The position numbers were made by a program, and so were the translations under genes. Below, one piece after another: positions 10,501 to 23,832 of a stretch of 64,000 bases of DNA. The notes below the pieces were generated by a model. The model did no database searches. It was not told the DNA's origin and worked only from the letters and a program-made list of their open reading frames with translations. The stretch lies in the NCBI RefSeq assembly GCF_009914755.1, contig NC_060946.1. One strand, written 5' to 3'. Position 1 is the stretch's first letter. Each line of letters begins with the position of its first letter. Origin of the DNA: the human T2T-CHM13v2.0 reference genome, Homo sapiens.

Positions 10501-13218
10501 TCTGCCTAAAGGGGCATTGTGACAGATCTCTGCACTGATCACTCAGGTGATGTAAGTATTGTCTAGGCTCTGCTTCAAGGGGCCTTGTCACATATCTCTG
10601 CACTGATCACCCAGGTGATGTAACTCTTGTCTAGGCTCTGCTTCCAGGGCATATTGTGACATATCTATGCACTGATCACCTTAGTGATGTAACACTTTGG
10701 TAGGCTCGGCCCACAGGGGAATCTTGACATATCTCTGCACTGTTAACCGAGGTGATTTAACTCTTGTCTAGGCTGTGCCCACAGGGGGATTGAGACATAT
10801 CTCTGCACTGATCCCGAGGTGATACAACTCTTGCCTGGTCTCTGCCTACTGTGGACATTGTGACATATCTCTGCACTGATCTCCCAGATGCTGTAACTTT
10901 AGTCTAGGCTCTGGCTACACGGCATTGTGACATATCACTGCACTGATCACCCAGGCGATATAACTCTTCTCTAGGATCTGACCACAGGGTGCTTTGTGAC
11001 ATATCCCTGCAATGATCACCCAGGTGATATACCACTTACCAAGGCTCTGCCTACAGGGGCATTGCAATGTATCCCTGCACTGATCACCTAGGTCTTGTAG
11101 ATATTTTCTAGGATCTGCCTACAGGGTGCTTTGTGACGTGTCCCAGCAAGGATTACCCAGGTGATGTACCTCTCATCAAGGCTCTGCCTACAGGCACATT
11201 GTGATGTATCTCTGCACTGATCACCTAGGTCATGGAAATTTTGTCTAGGCTCTACCTACGATGGCATTGTGACATATCTCTGCACTAATCATCCAATTGA
11301 TGTAACTCTTGTCTAGGATGTGCCTAAATTAACTTTTTGACATAACCCTGTACTGATCATCCAGGTGTTGGTGGTTTTGTCTAGGCTCTGCCTAAGGGGA
11401 CATTGTGACATATTTCTGCATTGATCCCCCAGGTGGCGAACTCTTCTCTCGGATCTGCCTATGGGGGCATTGTGAGAAATCTCTGCACTGATCACCCAGG
11501 TGATGTAACTGTTGTGTAACCTCTGCCTACAGGGGAATTGTGAGAGATCTCGCCACTGATTACCCAAGTGATGTAACCGTTGTCTAGGCTTTGCGTACAG
11601 GGGGCTTTGTGTCATACCTTTGCACTGATCACCCAGGTGATGTAACACATCTAAGTTAGGCCTAAAGGAGCTTTGTGACATAACTCTGCACTGATCGCTT
11701 AGGTGATGTCACACTTTTATAATCACTGCCTACAGGGAATTTTGACAAATCTCTGCACTGATCACCTAGGTGATGTAACTCTTGTCTACCCTCTGTCCAA
11801 CGGGGCATTGTGAAATATCTCTGCACTGATCACCCAGGTGATTCAACTCTTGACTAGGAACTGCCTACAGAGGTTATTGTGAAATATCTCTGCACTGATT
11901 AACTAGGTGGTGTAACCCTTGTCCAAGCTCTGCCTACAGGGGCGTTTCCACATATCCCTGAACTGATGACAGAGGTGATGTAACTCTTGCCTAGGCTTTG
12001 CCTACAGGGAACATTGGACCTATATCTGCACTGATCACCCAGGTGATGCAACTCTTGCCTAGGCTTTGCCTACAGGGGACATTGTGACATATCTCTTCAA
12101 TGATCACTCATGTGATGCATCTCTTGCCTAGGCTTTGCCTACAGGGGACATTGTGACATATCTCTGCACTGTTCTCCCAGGTGCTGTAACTTTAGTCTAG
12201 GCTCTGGCTACACGGCATTGTGACATATCACTGCACTGATCAACCAGGTGATAAAACTCTTGTATAGGCTCTGCCTACAGGGGGATTGTGACCTACCTCT
12301 GCACTGATCACGCAGGTGATATAACTCTTCTCTAGGATCTTCCTACAGGGTACTTTGTGACATATCCCTGCACTCATCACCCAGGTGATCTATCTCTGAT
12401 CTAAGCTCTGCCTAAAGGGGCATTGTGACAGATCTCTGCACTGATCACTCAGGTGATGTAAGTATTGTCTAGGCTCTGCTTCAAGGGGCCTTTTCACATA
12501 TCTCTGCACTGATCACCCAGGTGATGTAACTCTTGTCTAGGCTCTGCTTCCAGGGCATATTGTGACATATCTATGCACTGATCACCTTAGTGATGTAACA
12601 CTTTGGTAGGCTCGGCCTACAGGGGAATCTTGACATATCTCTGCACTGTTAACCGAGGTGATTTAACTCTTGTCTAGGCTGTGCCCACAGGGGGATTGAG
12701 ACATATCTCTGCACTGATCCCGAGGTGATACAACTCTTGCCTGGTCTCTGCCTACAGTGGACCTTGTGACATATCTCTGCACTGATCTCCCAGGTGCTGC
12801 AACTTTAGTCTAGGCTCTGGCTACACGGCATTGGGACATATCACTGCACTGATCACCCAGGCGATATAACTCTTCTCTAGGATCTGACCACAGGGTGCTT
12901 TGTGACATATCCCTGCAATGATCACCCAGGTGATATACCACTTGCCAAGGTTCTGCCTACAGGGGCATTGCAGTGTATCTCTGCACTGATCACCTAGGTC
13001 TTGTAGCTATTTTCTAGGATCTGCCTACAGGGTGCTTTGTGACGTGTCCCAGCAAGGATTACCCAGGTGATGTACCTCTCATTAAGGCTCTGCCTACAGG
13101 CACATTGTGATGTGTCTCTGCACTGATCACCTAGGTCATGTAAATTTTGTCTAGGCTCTACCTACGATGGCATTGTGACATATCTCTGCACTAATCATCC
13201 AAGTGATGTAACTCTTGT
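7501..13218. repeat. Three canonical HOR units (1906 bp each)
   Basis: Landmarks at 7501, 9407, 11313 and 13219. Confidence 0.93.
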
Positions 13219-16200
13219 CTAGGATGTGCCTAAATTAACTTTTTGACATAACCCTGTACTGATCATCCAGGTGATGGAGCTTTTGTCTAGGCTCTGCCTA
13301 AGGGGGCATTGTGACATATTTCTGCATTGATCCCCCAGGTGGCGAACTCTTCTCTCGGATCTGCCTATGGGGGCATTGTGAGAAATCTCTGCACTGATCA
13401 CCCAGGTGATGTAACTGTTGTGTAACCTCTGCCTACAGGGGAATTGTGAGAGATCTCGCCACTGATTAACAAAGTGATGTAACCGTTGTCTAGGCTTTGC
13501 GTACAGGGGGCTTTGTGACATACCTTTGCACTGATCACCCAGGTGATGTAACACATCTAAGTTCGGCCTAAAGGAGCTTTGTGACATATCTCTGCACTGA
13601 TCGCTTAGGTGATGTCACACTTTTATAATCACTGCCTACAGGGAATTTTGACAAATCTCTGCACTGATCACCTAGGTGATGTAACGCTTGTCTACCCTCT
13701 GTCCAACGGGGCATTGTGAAATATCTCTGCACTGATCACCCAGGTGATTCAACTCTTGACTAGGAACTGCCTACAGAGGTTATTGTGAAATATCTCTGCA
13801 CTGATTAACTAGGTGGTGTAACCCTTGTCCAAGCTCTGCCTACAGGGGCGTTTCCACATATCCCTGAACTGATGAGAGAGGTGATGTAACTCTTGCCTAG
13901 GCTTTGCCTACAGGGAACATTGGACATATATCTGCACTGATCACCCAGGTGATGCAACTCTTGCCTAGGCTTTGCCTACAGGGGACATTGTGACATATCT
14001 CTGCACTGATCTCCCAGGTGCTGTAACTTTAGTCTAGGCTCTGGCTACACGGCATTGTGACATATCACTGCACTGATCAACCAGGTGATAAAACTCTTGT
14101 ATAGGCTCTGCCTACAGGGGGATTGTGACCTACCTCTGCACTGATCACCCAGGTGATATAACTCTTCTCTAGGATCTTCCCACAGGGTACTTTGTGACAT
14201 ATCCCTGCACTGATCACCCAGGTGATCTATCTCTGGTCTAAGCTCTGCCTAAAGGGGCATTGTGACAGATCTCTGCACTGATCACTCAGGTGATGTAAGT
14301 ATTGTCTAGGCTCTGCTTCAAGGGGCCTTGTCACATATCTCTGCACTGATCACCCAGGTGATGTAACTCTTGTCTAGGCTCTGCTTCCAGGGCATATTGT
14401 GACATATCTATGCACTGATCACCTTAGTGATGTAACACTTTGGTAGGCTCGGCCTACAGGGGAATCTTGACATATCTCTGCACTGTTAACCGAGGTGATT
14501 TAATTCTTGTCTAGGTTGTGCCCACAGGGGGATTGAGACATATCTCTGCACTGATCCCGAGGTGATACAACTCTTGCCTGGTCTCTGCCTACTGTGGACA
14601 TTGTGACATATCTCTGCACTGATCTCCCAGGTGCTGTAACTTTAGTCTAGGCTCTGGCTACACGGCATTGTGACATATCACTGCACTGATCACCCAGGCG
14701 ATATAACTCTTCTCTAGGATCTGACCACAGGGTGCTTTGTGACATATCCCTGCAATGATCACCCAGGTGATATACCACTTGCCAAGGCTCTGCCTACAGG
14801 GGCATTGCAATGTATCCCTGCACTGATCACCTAGGTCTTGTAGATATTTTCTAGGATCTGCCTACAGGGTGCTTTGTGACGTGTCCCAGCAAGGATTACC
14901 CAGGTGATGTACCTCTCATCAAGGCTCTGCCTACAGGCACATTGTGATGTATCTCTGCACTGATCACCTAGGTCATGGAAATTTTGTCTAGGCTCTACCT
15001 ACGATGGCATTGTGACATATCTCTGCACTAATCATCCAAGTGATGTAACTCTTGTCTAGGATGTGCCTAAATTAACTTTTTGACATAACCGTGTACTGAT
15101 CATCCAGGTGATGGAGCTTTTGTCTAGGCTCTGCCTAAGGGGGCATTGTGACATATTTCTGCATTGATCCCCCAGGTGGCGAACTCTTCTCTCGGATCTG
15201 CCTATGGGGGCATTGTGAGAAATCTCTGCACTGATCACCCAGGTGATGTAACTGTTGTGTAACCTCTGCCTACAGGGGAATTGTGAGAGATCTCGCCACT
15301 GATTACCCAAGTGATGTAACCGTTGTCTAGGCTTTGCGTACAGGGGGCTTTGTGACATACCTTTGCACTGATCACCCAGGTGATGTAACACATCTAAGTT
15401 CGGCCTAAAGGAGCTTTGTGACATATCTCTGCACTGATCGCTTAGGTGATGTCACACTTTTATAATCACTGCCTACAGGGAATTTTGACAAATCTCTGCA
15501 CTGATCACCTAGGTGATGTAACGCTTGTCTACCCTCTGTCCAACGGGGCATTGTGAAATATCTCTGCACTGATCACCCAGGTGATTCAACTCTTGACTAG
15601 GAACTGCCTACAGAGGTTATTGTGAAATATCTCTGCACTGATTAACTAGGTGGTGTAACCCTTGTCCAAGCTCTGCCTACAGGGGCGTTTCCACATATCC
15701 CTGAACTGATGAGAGAGGTGATGTAACTCTTGCCTAGGCTTTGCCTACAGGGAACATTGGACATATATCTGCACTGATCACCCAGGTGATGCAACTCTTG
15801 CCTAGGCTTTGCCTACAGGGGACATTGTGACATATCTCTGCACTGATCTCCCAGGTGCTGTAACTTTAGTCTAGGCTCTGGCTACACGGCATTGTGACAT
15901 ATCACTGCACTGATCAACCAGGTGATAAAACTCTTGTATAGGCTCTGCCTACAGGGGGATTGTGACCTACCTCTGCACTGATCACCCAGGTGATATAACT
16001 CTTCTCTAGGATCTTCCCACAGGGTACTTTGTGACATATCCCTGCACTGATCACCCAGGTGATCTATCTCTGGTCTAAGCTCTGCCTAAAGGGGCATTGT
16101 GACAGATCTCTGCACTGATCACTCAGGTGATGTAAGTATTGTCTAGGCTCTGCTTCAAGGGGCCTTGTCACATATCTCTGCACTGATCACCCAGGTGATG

Positions 16201-18729
16201 TAACTCTTGTCTAGGCTCTGCTTCCAGGGCATATTGTGACATATCTATGCACTGATCACCTTAGTGATGTAACACTTTGGTAGGCTCGGCCTACAGGGGA
16301 ATCTTGACATATCTCTGCACTGTTAACCGAGGTGATTTAACTCTTGTCTAGGTTGTGCCCACAGGGGGATTGAGACATATCTCTGCACTGATCCCGAGGT
16401 GATACAACTCTTGCCTGGTCTCTGCCTACTGTGGACATTGTGACATATCTCTGCACTGATCTCCCAGGTGCTGTAACTTTAGTCTAGGCTCTGGCTACAC
16501 GGCATTGTGACATATCACTGCACTGATTACCCAGGCGATATAACTCTTCTCTAGGATCTGACCACAGGGTGCTTTGTGACATATCCCTGCAATGATCACC
16601 CAGGTGATATACCACTTGCCAAGGCTCTGCCTACAGGGGCATTGCGATGTATCCCTGCACTGATCACCTAGGTCTTGTAGATATTTTCTAGGATCTGCCT
16701 ACAGGGTGCTTTGTGACGTGTCCCAGCAAGCATTACCCAGGTGATGTACCTCTCATCAAGGCTCTGCCTACAGGCACATTGTGATGTATCTCTGCACTGA
16801 TCACCTAGGTCATGTAAATTTTGTCTAGGCTCTACCTACGATGGCATTGTGACATATCTCTGCACTAATCATCCAAGTGATGTAACTCTTGTCTAGGATG
16901 TGCCTAAATTAACTTTTTGACATAACCCTGTACTGATCATCCAGGTGATGGAGCTTTTGTCTAGGCTCTGCCTAAGGGGGCATTGTGACATATTTCTGCA
17001 TTGATCCCCCAGGTGGCGAACTCTTCTCTCGGATCTGCCTATGGGGGCATTGTGAGAAATCTCTGCACTGATCACCCAGTTGATGTAACTGTTGTGTAAC
17101 CTCTGCCTACAGGGGAATTGTGAGAGATCTCGCCACTGATGAACCAAGTGATGTAACCGTTGTCTAGGCTTTGCGTTCAGGGGGCTTTGTGTCATAACTT
17201 TGCACTGATCACCCAGGTGATGTAACACATCTAAGTTCGGCCTAAAGGAGCTTTGTGACATATCTCTGCACTGATCGCTTAGGTGATGTCACACTTTTAT
17301 AATCACTGCCTACAGGGAATTTTGACAAATCTCTGCACTGATCACCTAGGTGATGTAACTCTTGTCTACTCTCTGTCCAACGGGGCATTGTGAAATATCT
17401 CTGCACTGATCACCCAGGTGATTCAACTCTTGACTAGGAACTGCCTACAGAGGTTATTGTGAAATATCTCTGCACTGATTAACTAGGAGGTGTAACCCTT
17501 GTCCAAGCTCTGCCTACAGGGGCGTTTCCACATATCCCTGAACTGATGACAGAGGTGATGTAACTCTTGCCTAGGCTTTGCCTACAGGGAACATTGGACA
17601 TATATCTGCACTGATCACCCAGGTGTTGCAACTCTTGCCTAGGCTTTGCCTACAGGGGACATTGTGACATATCTCTGCACTGATCTCCCAGGTGCTGTAA
17701 CTTTAGTCTAGGCTCTGGCTACACGGCATTGTGACATATCACTGCACTGATCAACCAGGTGATAAAACTCTTGTATAGGCTCTGCCTACAGGGGGATTGT
17801 GACCTACCTCTGCACTGATCACCCAGGTGATATAACTCTTCTCTAGGATCTTCCCACAGGGTACTTTGTGACATATCCCTGCACTGATCACCCAGGTGAT
17901 CTATCTCTGGTCTAAGCTCTGCCTAAAGGGGCATTGTGACAGATCTCTGCACTGATCACTCAGGTGATGTAAGTATTGTCTAGGCTCTGCTTCAAGGGGC
18001 CTTGTCACATATCTCTGCACTGATCACCCAGGTGATGTAACTCTTGTCTAGGCTCTGCTTCCAGGGCATATTGTGACATATCAATGCACTGATCACCTTA
18101 GTGATGTAACACTTTGGTAGGCTCGGCCTACAGGGGAATCTTGACATATCTCTGCACTGTTAACCGAGGTGATTTAACTCTTGTCTAGGTTGTGCCCACA
18201 GGGGGATTGAGACATATCTCTGCACTGATTCCGAGGTGATACAACTCTTGCCTGGTCTCTGCCTACTGTGGACATTGTGACATATCTCTGCACTGATCTC
18301 CCAGGTGCTGTAACTTTAGTCTAGGCTCTGGCTACACGGTATTTTGACATATCACTGCACTGATCACCCAGGCGATATAACTCTTCTCTAGGATCTGACC
18401 ACAGGGTTCTTTGTGACATATCCCTGCAATGATCACCCAGGTGATATACCACTTGCCAAGGCTCTGCCTACAGGGGCATTGCAATGTATCTCTGCACTGA
18501 TCACCTAGGTCTTGTAGATATTTTCTAGGATCTGCCTACAGGGTGCTTTGTGTCGTGTCCCAGCAAGGATTACCTAGGTGATGTACCTCTCATCAAGGCT
18601 CTGCCTACAGGCACATTGTGATGTATCTCTGCACTGATCACCTAGGTCATGTAAATTTTGTCTAGGCTCTACCTACGATGGCATTGTGACATATGTCTGC
18701 ACTAATCATCCAAGTGATGTAACTCTTGT
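13219..18729. repeat. Three consecutive 27-mer HOR variants (1837 bp each)
   Basis: Landmarks at 13219, 15056, 16893 and 18730. All three units lack the 69-bp segment containing TTCAATGATCACTCATGTGATGCATCTC. Confidence 0.93.
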
Positions 18730-21700
18730 CTAGGATGTGCTTAAATTGACTTTTTGACATAACCCTGTACTGATCATCCAGGTGATGGAGCTTTTGTCTA
18801 GGCTCTGCCTAAGGGGGCATTGTGACATATTTCTGCATTAATCCCCCAGGTGGCGAACTCTTCTCTCGGATCTGCCTATGGGGGCATTGTGAGAAATCTG
18901 TGCACTGATCAACCAGGTGATGTAACGGTTGTGTAACCTATGCCTACAGGGGAATTGTGAGAGATCTCGCCACTGATTACCCAAGTGATGTAACCGTTGT
19001 CTAGGCTTTGCGTAGAGGAGGCTTTGTGACATACATTTGCACTGATCACCCAGGTAATGTAACACATCTAAGTTCGGCCTAAAGGAGCTTTGTGAGATAT
19101 CTCTGCACTGATCGCTTAGGTGATATAACACTTTTATAATCACTGCCTACAGGGAATTTTGACAAATCTCTGCACTGATCACCTAGGTGATGTAACTCTT
19201 GTCTACCCTCTGTCCAACGGGGCATTGTGAAATATCTCTGCACTGATCACCCAGGTGATTCAACTCTTGACTAGCAACTGCCTACAGAGGTTATTGTGAA
19301 ATATCTCTGCACTGATAAACTAGGTGGTGTAACACTTGTCCAAGCTCTGCCTACAGGGGCGTTTCCACATATCCCTGAACTGATGACAGAGGTGATGTAA
19401 CCCTTGCCTAGGCTTTGCCTACAGGGAACATTGGACATATATGTGCACTGATCACCCAGGTGATGCAACTCTTGCCTAGGCTTTGCCTACAGGGGACATT
19501 GTGACATATCTCTTCAATGATCACTCATGTGATGCATCTCTTGCCTAGGCTTTGCATACAGGGGACATTGTGACATATCTCTGCACTGATCTCCCAGGTG
19601 CTGTAACTTTAGTCTAGGCTCTGGCTACACGGTATTGTGACATATCACTGCACTGATCAACCAGGTGATATATCTCTTGTATAGGCTCTGCCTAAAGGGG
19701 GATTGTGACCTACCTCTGCACTGATCACCCAGGTGATATAACTCTTCTCTAGGATCTTCCTACAGGGTACTTTGTGACATATCCCTGCACTGATCACCCA
19801 GGTGATCTATCTCTGGTCTAAGCTCTGCCTAAAGGGGCATTGTGACAGATCTCTGCACTGATCACTCAGGTGATGTAAGTATTGTCTAGGCTCTGCTTCA
19901 AGGGGCCTTGTCACATACCTCTGCACTGATCACCCAGGTGATGTAACTCTTGTCTAGGCTCTGTTTCCACAGCATATTGTGACCTATCTATGCACTGATC
20001 ACCTTAGTGATGTAACACTTTGGTAGGCTCGGCCTACAGGGGAATCTTGACATATCTCTGCACTGTTAAGCGAGGTGATTTAACTCTTGTCTAGGCTGTG
20101 CCCACAGGGGGATTGAGACATATCCCTGCACTGATCCCGAGGTGATACAACTCTTGCCTGGTCTCTGCCTACTGTGGACATTGTGACATATCTCTGCACT
20201 GATCTCCCAGGTGCTGTAACTTTAGTCTAGGCTCTGGCTACACGGCATTGTGACATATCACTGCACTGATCACCCAGGCGATATAACTGTTCTCTAGGAT
20301 CTGACCACAGGGTGCTTTGTGACATATCCCTGCAATGAGCACCCAGGTGATATACCACTTGCCAAGGCTCTGCCTACAGGGGCATTGCAATGTATCTCTG
20401 CACTGATCACCTAGGTCTTGTAGCTATTTTCTAGGATCTGCCTACAGGGTGCCTTGTTACGTGTCCCAGCAAGGATTACCCAGGTGACGTACTTCTCATC
20501 AAGGCTCTGCCTACAGGCACATTGTGATGTATCTCTGCACTGATCACCTAAGTCCTGTAAATTTTGTCTAGGCTCTACCTACGATGGCATTGTGACATAT
20601 CTCTGCACTAATCATCCAAGTGATGTAACTTTGTCTAGGATGTGCCTAAATTAACTTTTTGACATAACCCTGTACTGATCATCCAGGTGATGGAGCTTTT
20701 GTCTAGGCTCTGCCTAAGGGGGCATTGTGACATATTTCTGCATTGATCACCCAGGTGGCGAACTCTTCTCTCGTATCTGCCTATGGGGGCATTGTGAGAA
20801 ATCTCTGCACTGATCACCCAGGTGATGTAACTGTTGTGTAACCTCTGCCTACAGGGGAATTGTGAGAGATCTCGCCACTGATTACCCAAGTGATGTAACC
20901 GTTGTCTAGGCTTTGCGTACAGGGGGCTTTGTGACATACCTTTGTACTGATCACCCAGGTGATGTAACACATCTAAGTTCGGCCTAAAGGAGCTTTGTGA
21001 CATATCTCTGCACTGAACGCTTAGGTGATGTAACACTTTTATAATCACTGCCTACAGGGAATTTTGACAAATCTCTGCACTGATCACCTAGGTGATGTAA
21101 CTCTTGTCTACCATCTGTCCAACGGGGCATTGTGAAATATCTCTGCACTGATCACCCAGGTGATTCATCTCTTGACTAGGAACTGCCTACAGAGGTTATT
21201 GTGAAATATCTCTGCACTGATAAACTAGGTGGTGTAATCCTTGTCCAAGCTCTGCCTACAGGGGCGTTTCCACATATCCCTGAACTGATGACAGAGGTGA
21301 TGTAACTCTTGCCTAGGCTTTGCCTACAGGGAACATTGGACATATATCTGCACTGATCACCCAGGTGATGCAACTCTTGCCTAGGCTTCGCCTACAGGGG
21401 ACATTGTGACATATCTCTTCAATGATCACACATGTGATGCATCTCTTGCCTAGGCTTTCCCTACAGGGGACATTGTGACATATCTCTGCACTGATCTCCC
21501 AGGTGCTGTATCTTTAGTCTGGGCTCTGGCTACATGGCATTGTGACATATCACTGCACTGATCAACCAGGTGATATAACTCTTGTATAGGCTCTGCCTAC
21601 AGGGGGATTGTGACCTACCTCTGCACTGATCACCCAGGTGATATAACTGTTCTCTAGGATCTTCCTACAGGGTACTTTGTGACATATCCCTGCACTGATC

Positions 21701-22539
21701 ACCCAGGTGATCTATCTCTGGTCTAAGCTCTGCCTAAAGGGGCATTGTGACAGATCTCTGCACTGATCACTCAGGTGATGTAAGTATTGTCTAGGCTCTG
21801 CTTCAAGGGGCCTTGTCACATATCTCTGTACTGATCACCGAGGTGATGTAACTCTTGTCTAGGCTCTGCTTCCAGGGCATATTGTGACATATCTATGCAC
21901 TGATCACCTTAGTGATGTAACACTTTGGTAGGCTCGGCCTACAGGGGAATCTTGACATATCTCTGCACTGTTAACCGAGGTGATTTAACTCTTGTCTAGG
22001 CTGTGCCCACAGGGGGATTGAGACATATCTCTGCACTGATCCCGAGGTGATACAACTCTTGCCTGGTCTCTCCCTACTGTGGACATTGTGACATATCTCT
22101 GCACTGATCTCCCAGGTGCTGTAACTTTAGTCTAGGCTCTGGCTACACGGCATTGTGACATATCACTGCAGTGATCACCCAGGCGATATAACTGTTCTCT
22201 AGGATCTGACCACAGGGTGCTTTGTGACATATCCCTGCAATGATCACCCAGGTGATATACCACTTGCCAAGGCTCTGCCTACAGGGGCATTGCAATGTAT
22301 CTCTGCACTGATCACCTAGGTCTTGTAGCTATTTTCTAGGATCTGCCTACAGGGTGCTTTGTGACGTGTCCCAGCAAGGATTACCCAGGTGATGTACCTC
22401 TCATCAAGTCTCTGCCTACAGGCACATTGTGATGTATCTCTGCACTGATCACCTAACTCCTGTAAATTTTGTCTAGGCTCTACCTACGATGGCATTGTGA
22501 CATATCTCTGCACTAATCATCCAAGTGATGTAACTTTGT
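18730..22539. repeat. Two near-canonical HOR units (1905 bp each)
   Basis: Landmarks at 18730, 20635 and 22540. Both units end with the same 1-bp deletion (TAACTTTGTC for TAACTCTTGTC). Confidence 0.9.
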
Positions 22540-23832
22540 CTAGGATGTGCCTAAATTAACTTTTTGACATAACCCTGTACTGATCATCCAGGTGATGGAG
22601 CTTTTGTCTAGGCTCTGCCTAAGGGGGCATTGTGACATATTTCTGCATTGATCCCCCAGGTGGTGAACTCTTCTCTCGGATCTGCCTATGGGGGCATTGT
22701 GAGAAATCTCTGCACTGATCACCCAGGTGATGTAACTGTTGTGTAACCTCTGCCTACAGGGGAATTGTGAGAGATCTCGCCACTGATTACCCAAGTGATG
22801 TAACCGTTGTCTAGGCTTTGCGTACAGGGGGCTTTGTGACATACCTTTGCACTGATCACCCAGGTGATGTAACACATCTAAGTTCGGCCTAAAGGAGCTT
22901 TGTGACATATCTCTGCACTGATCGCTTAGGTGAAGTAACACTTTTATAATCACTGCCTACAGGGAATTTTGACAAATCTCTGCACTGGTCACCTAGGTGA
23001 TATAACTCTTGTCTACCCTCTGTCCAACGGGGCATTGTGAAATATCTCTGCACTGATCACCCAGGTGATTCAACTCTTTAATAGGAACTGCCTACAGAGG
23101 TTATTGTGAAATATCTCTGCACTGATAAACTAGGTGGTGTAATCCTTGTCCAAGCTCTGCCTACAGGGGCGTTTCCACATATCCCTGAACTGATGACAGA
23201 GGTGATGTAACTCTTGCCTAGGCTTTGCCTACAGGGAACATTGGACATATATCTGCACTGATCACCCAGGTGATGCAATTCTTGCCTAGGCTCTGCCTAC
23301 AGGGGACATTGTGACATATCTCTTCAATGATCACTCATGTGATGTATCTCTTGCCTAGGCTTTGCCTACAGGGGACATTGTGACATATCTCTGCACTGAT
23401 CTCCCAGGTGCTGTAACTTTAGTCTAGGCTCTGGCTACACGGCATTGTGACATATCACTGCACTGATCACTCAAGCGATATAACTCTTCTCTAGGATCTG
23501 ACCACAGGGTGCTTTGTGACATATCCGTGCAATGATCACCCAGGTGATATACCACTTGCCAAGGCTCTGCCTACAGGGGCATTGCAATGTATCCCTGCAC
23601 TGATCACCTAGGTCTTGTAGCTATTTTCTAGGATCTGCCTACAGGGTGCTTTGTGACGTGTCCCAGCAAGGATTACCCAGGTGATGTACCTCTCATCAAG
23701 GCTCTGCCTACAGGCACATTTTGATGTATCTCTGCACTGATCACCTAGGTCATGTAAATTTTGTCTGGGCTCTACCTACGATGGCATTGTGACATATCTC
23801 TGCACTAATCATCCAACTGATGTAACTCTTGT
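22540..23832. repeat. Truncated HOR, 19-mer (1293 bp; 9 monomers / 613 bp missing)
   Basis: Landmark spacing 22540 to 23833. Only one copy of the 97-bp internal repeat remains, at about 23373-23469. Confidence 0.93.
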
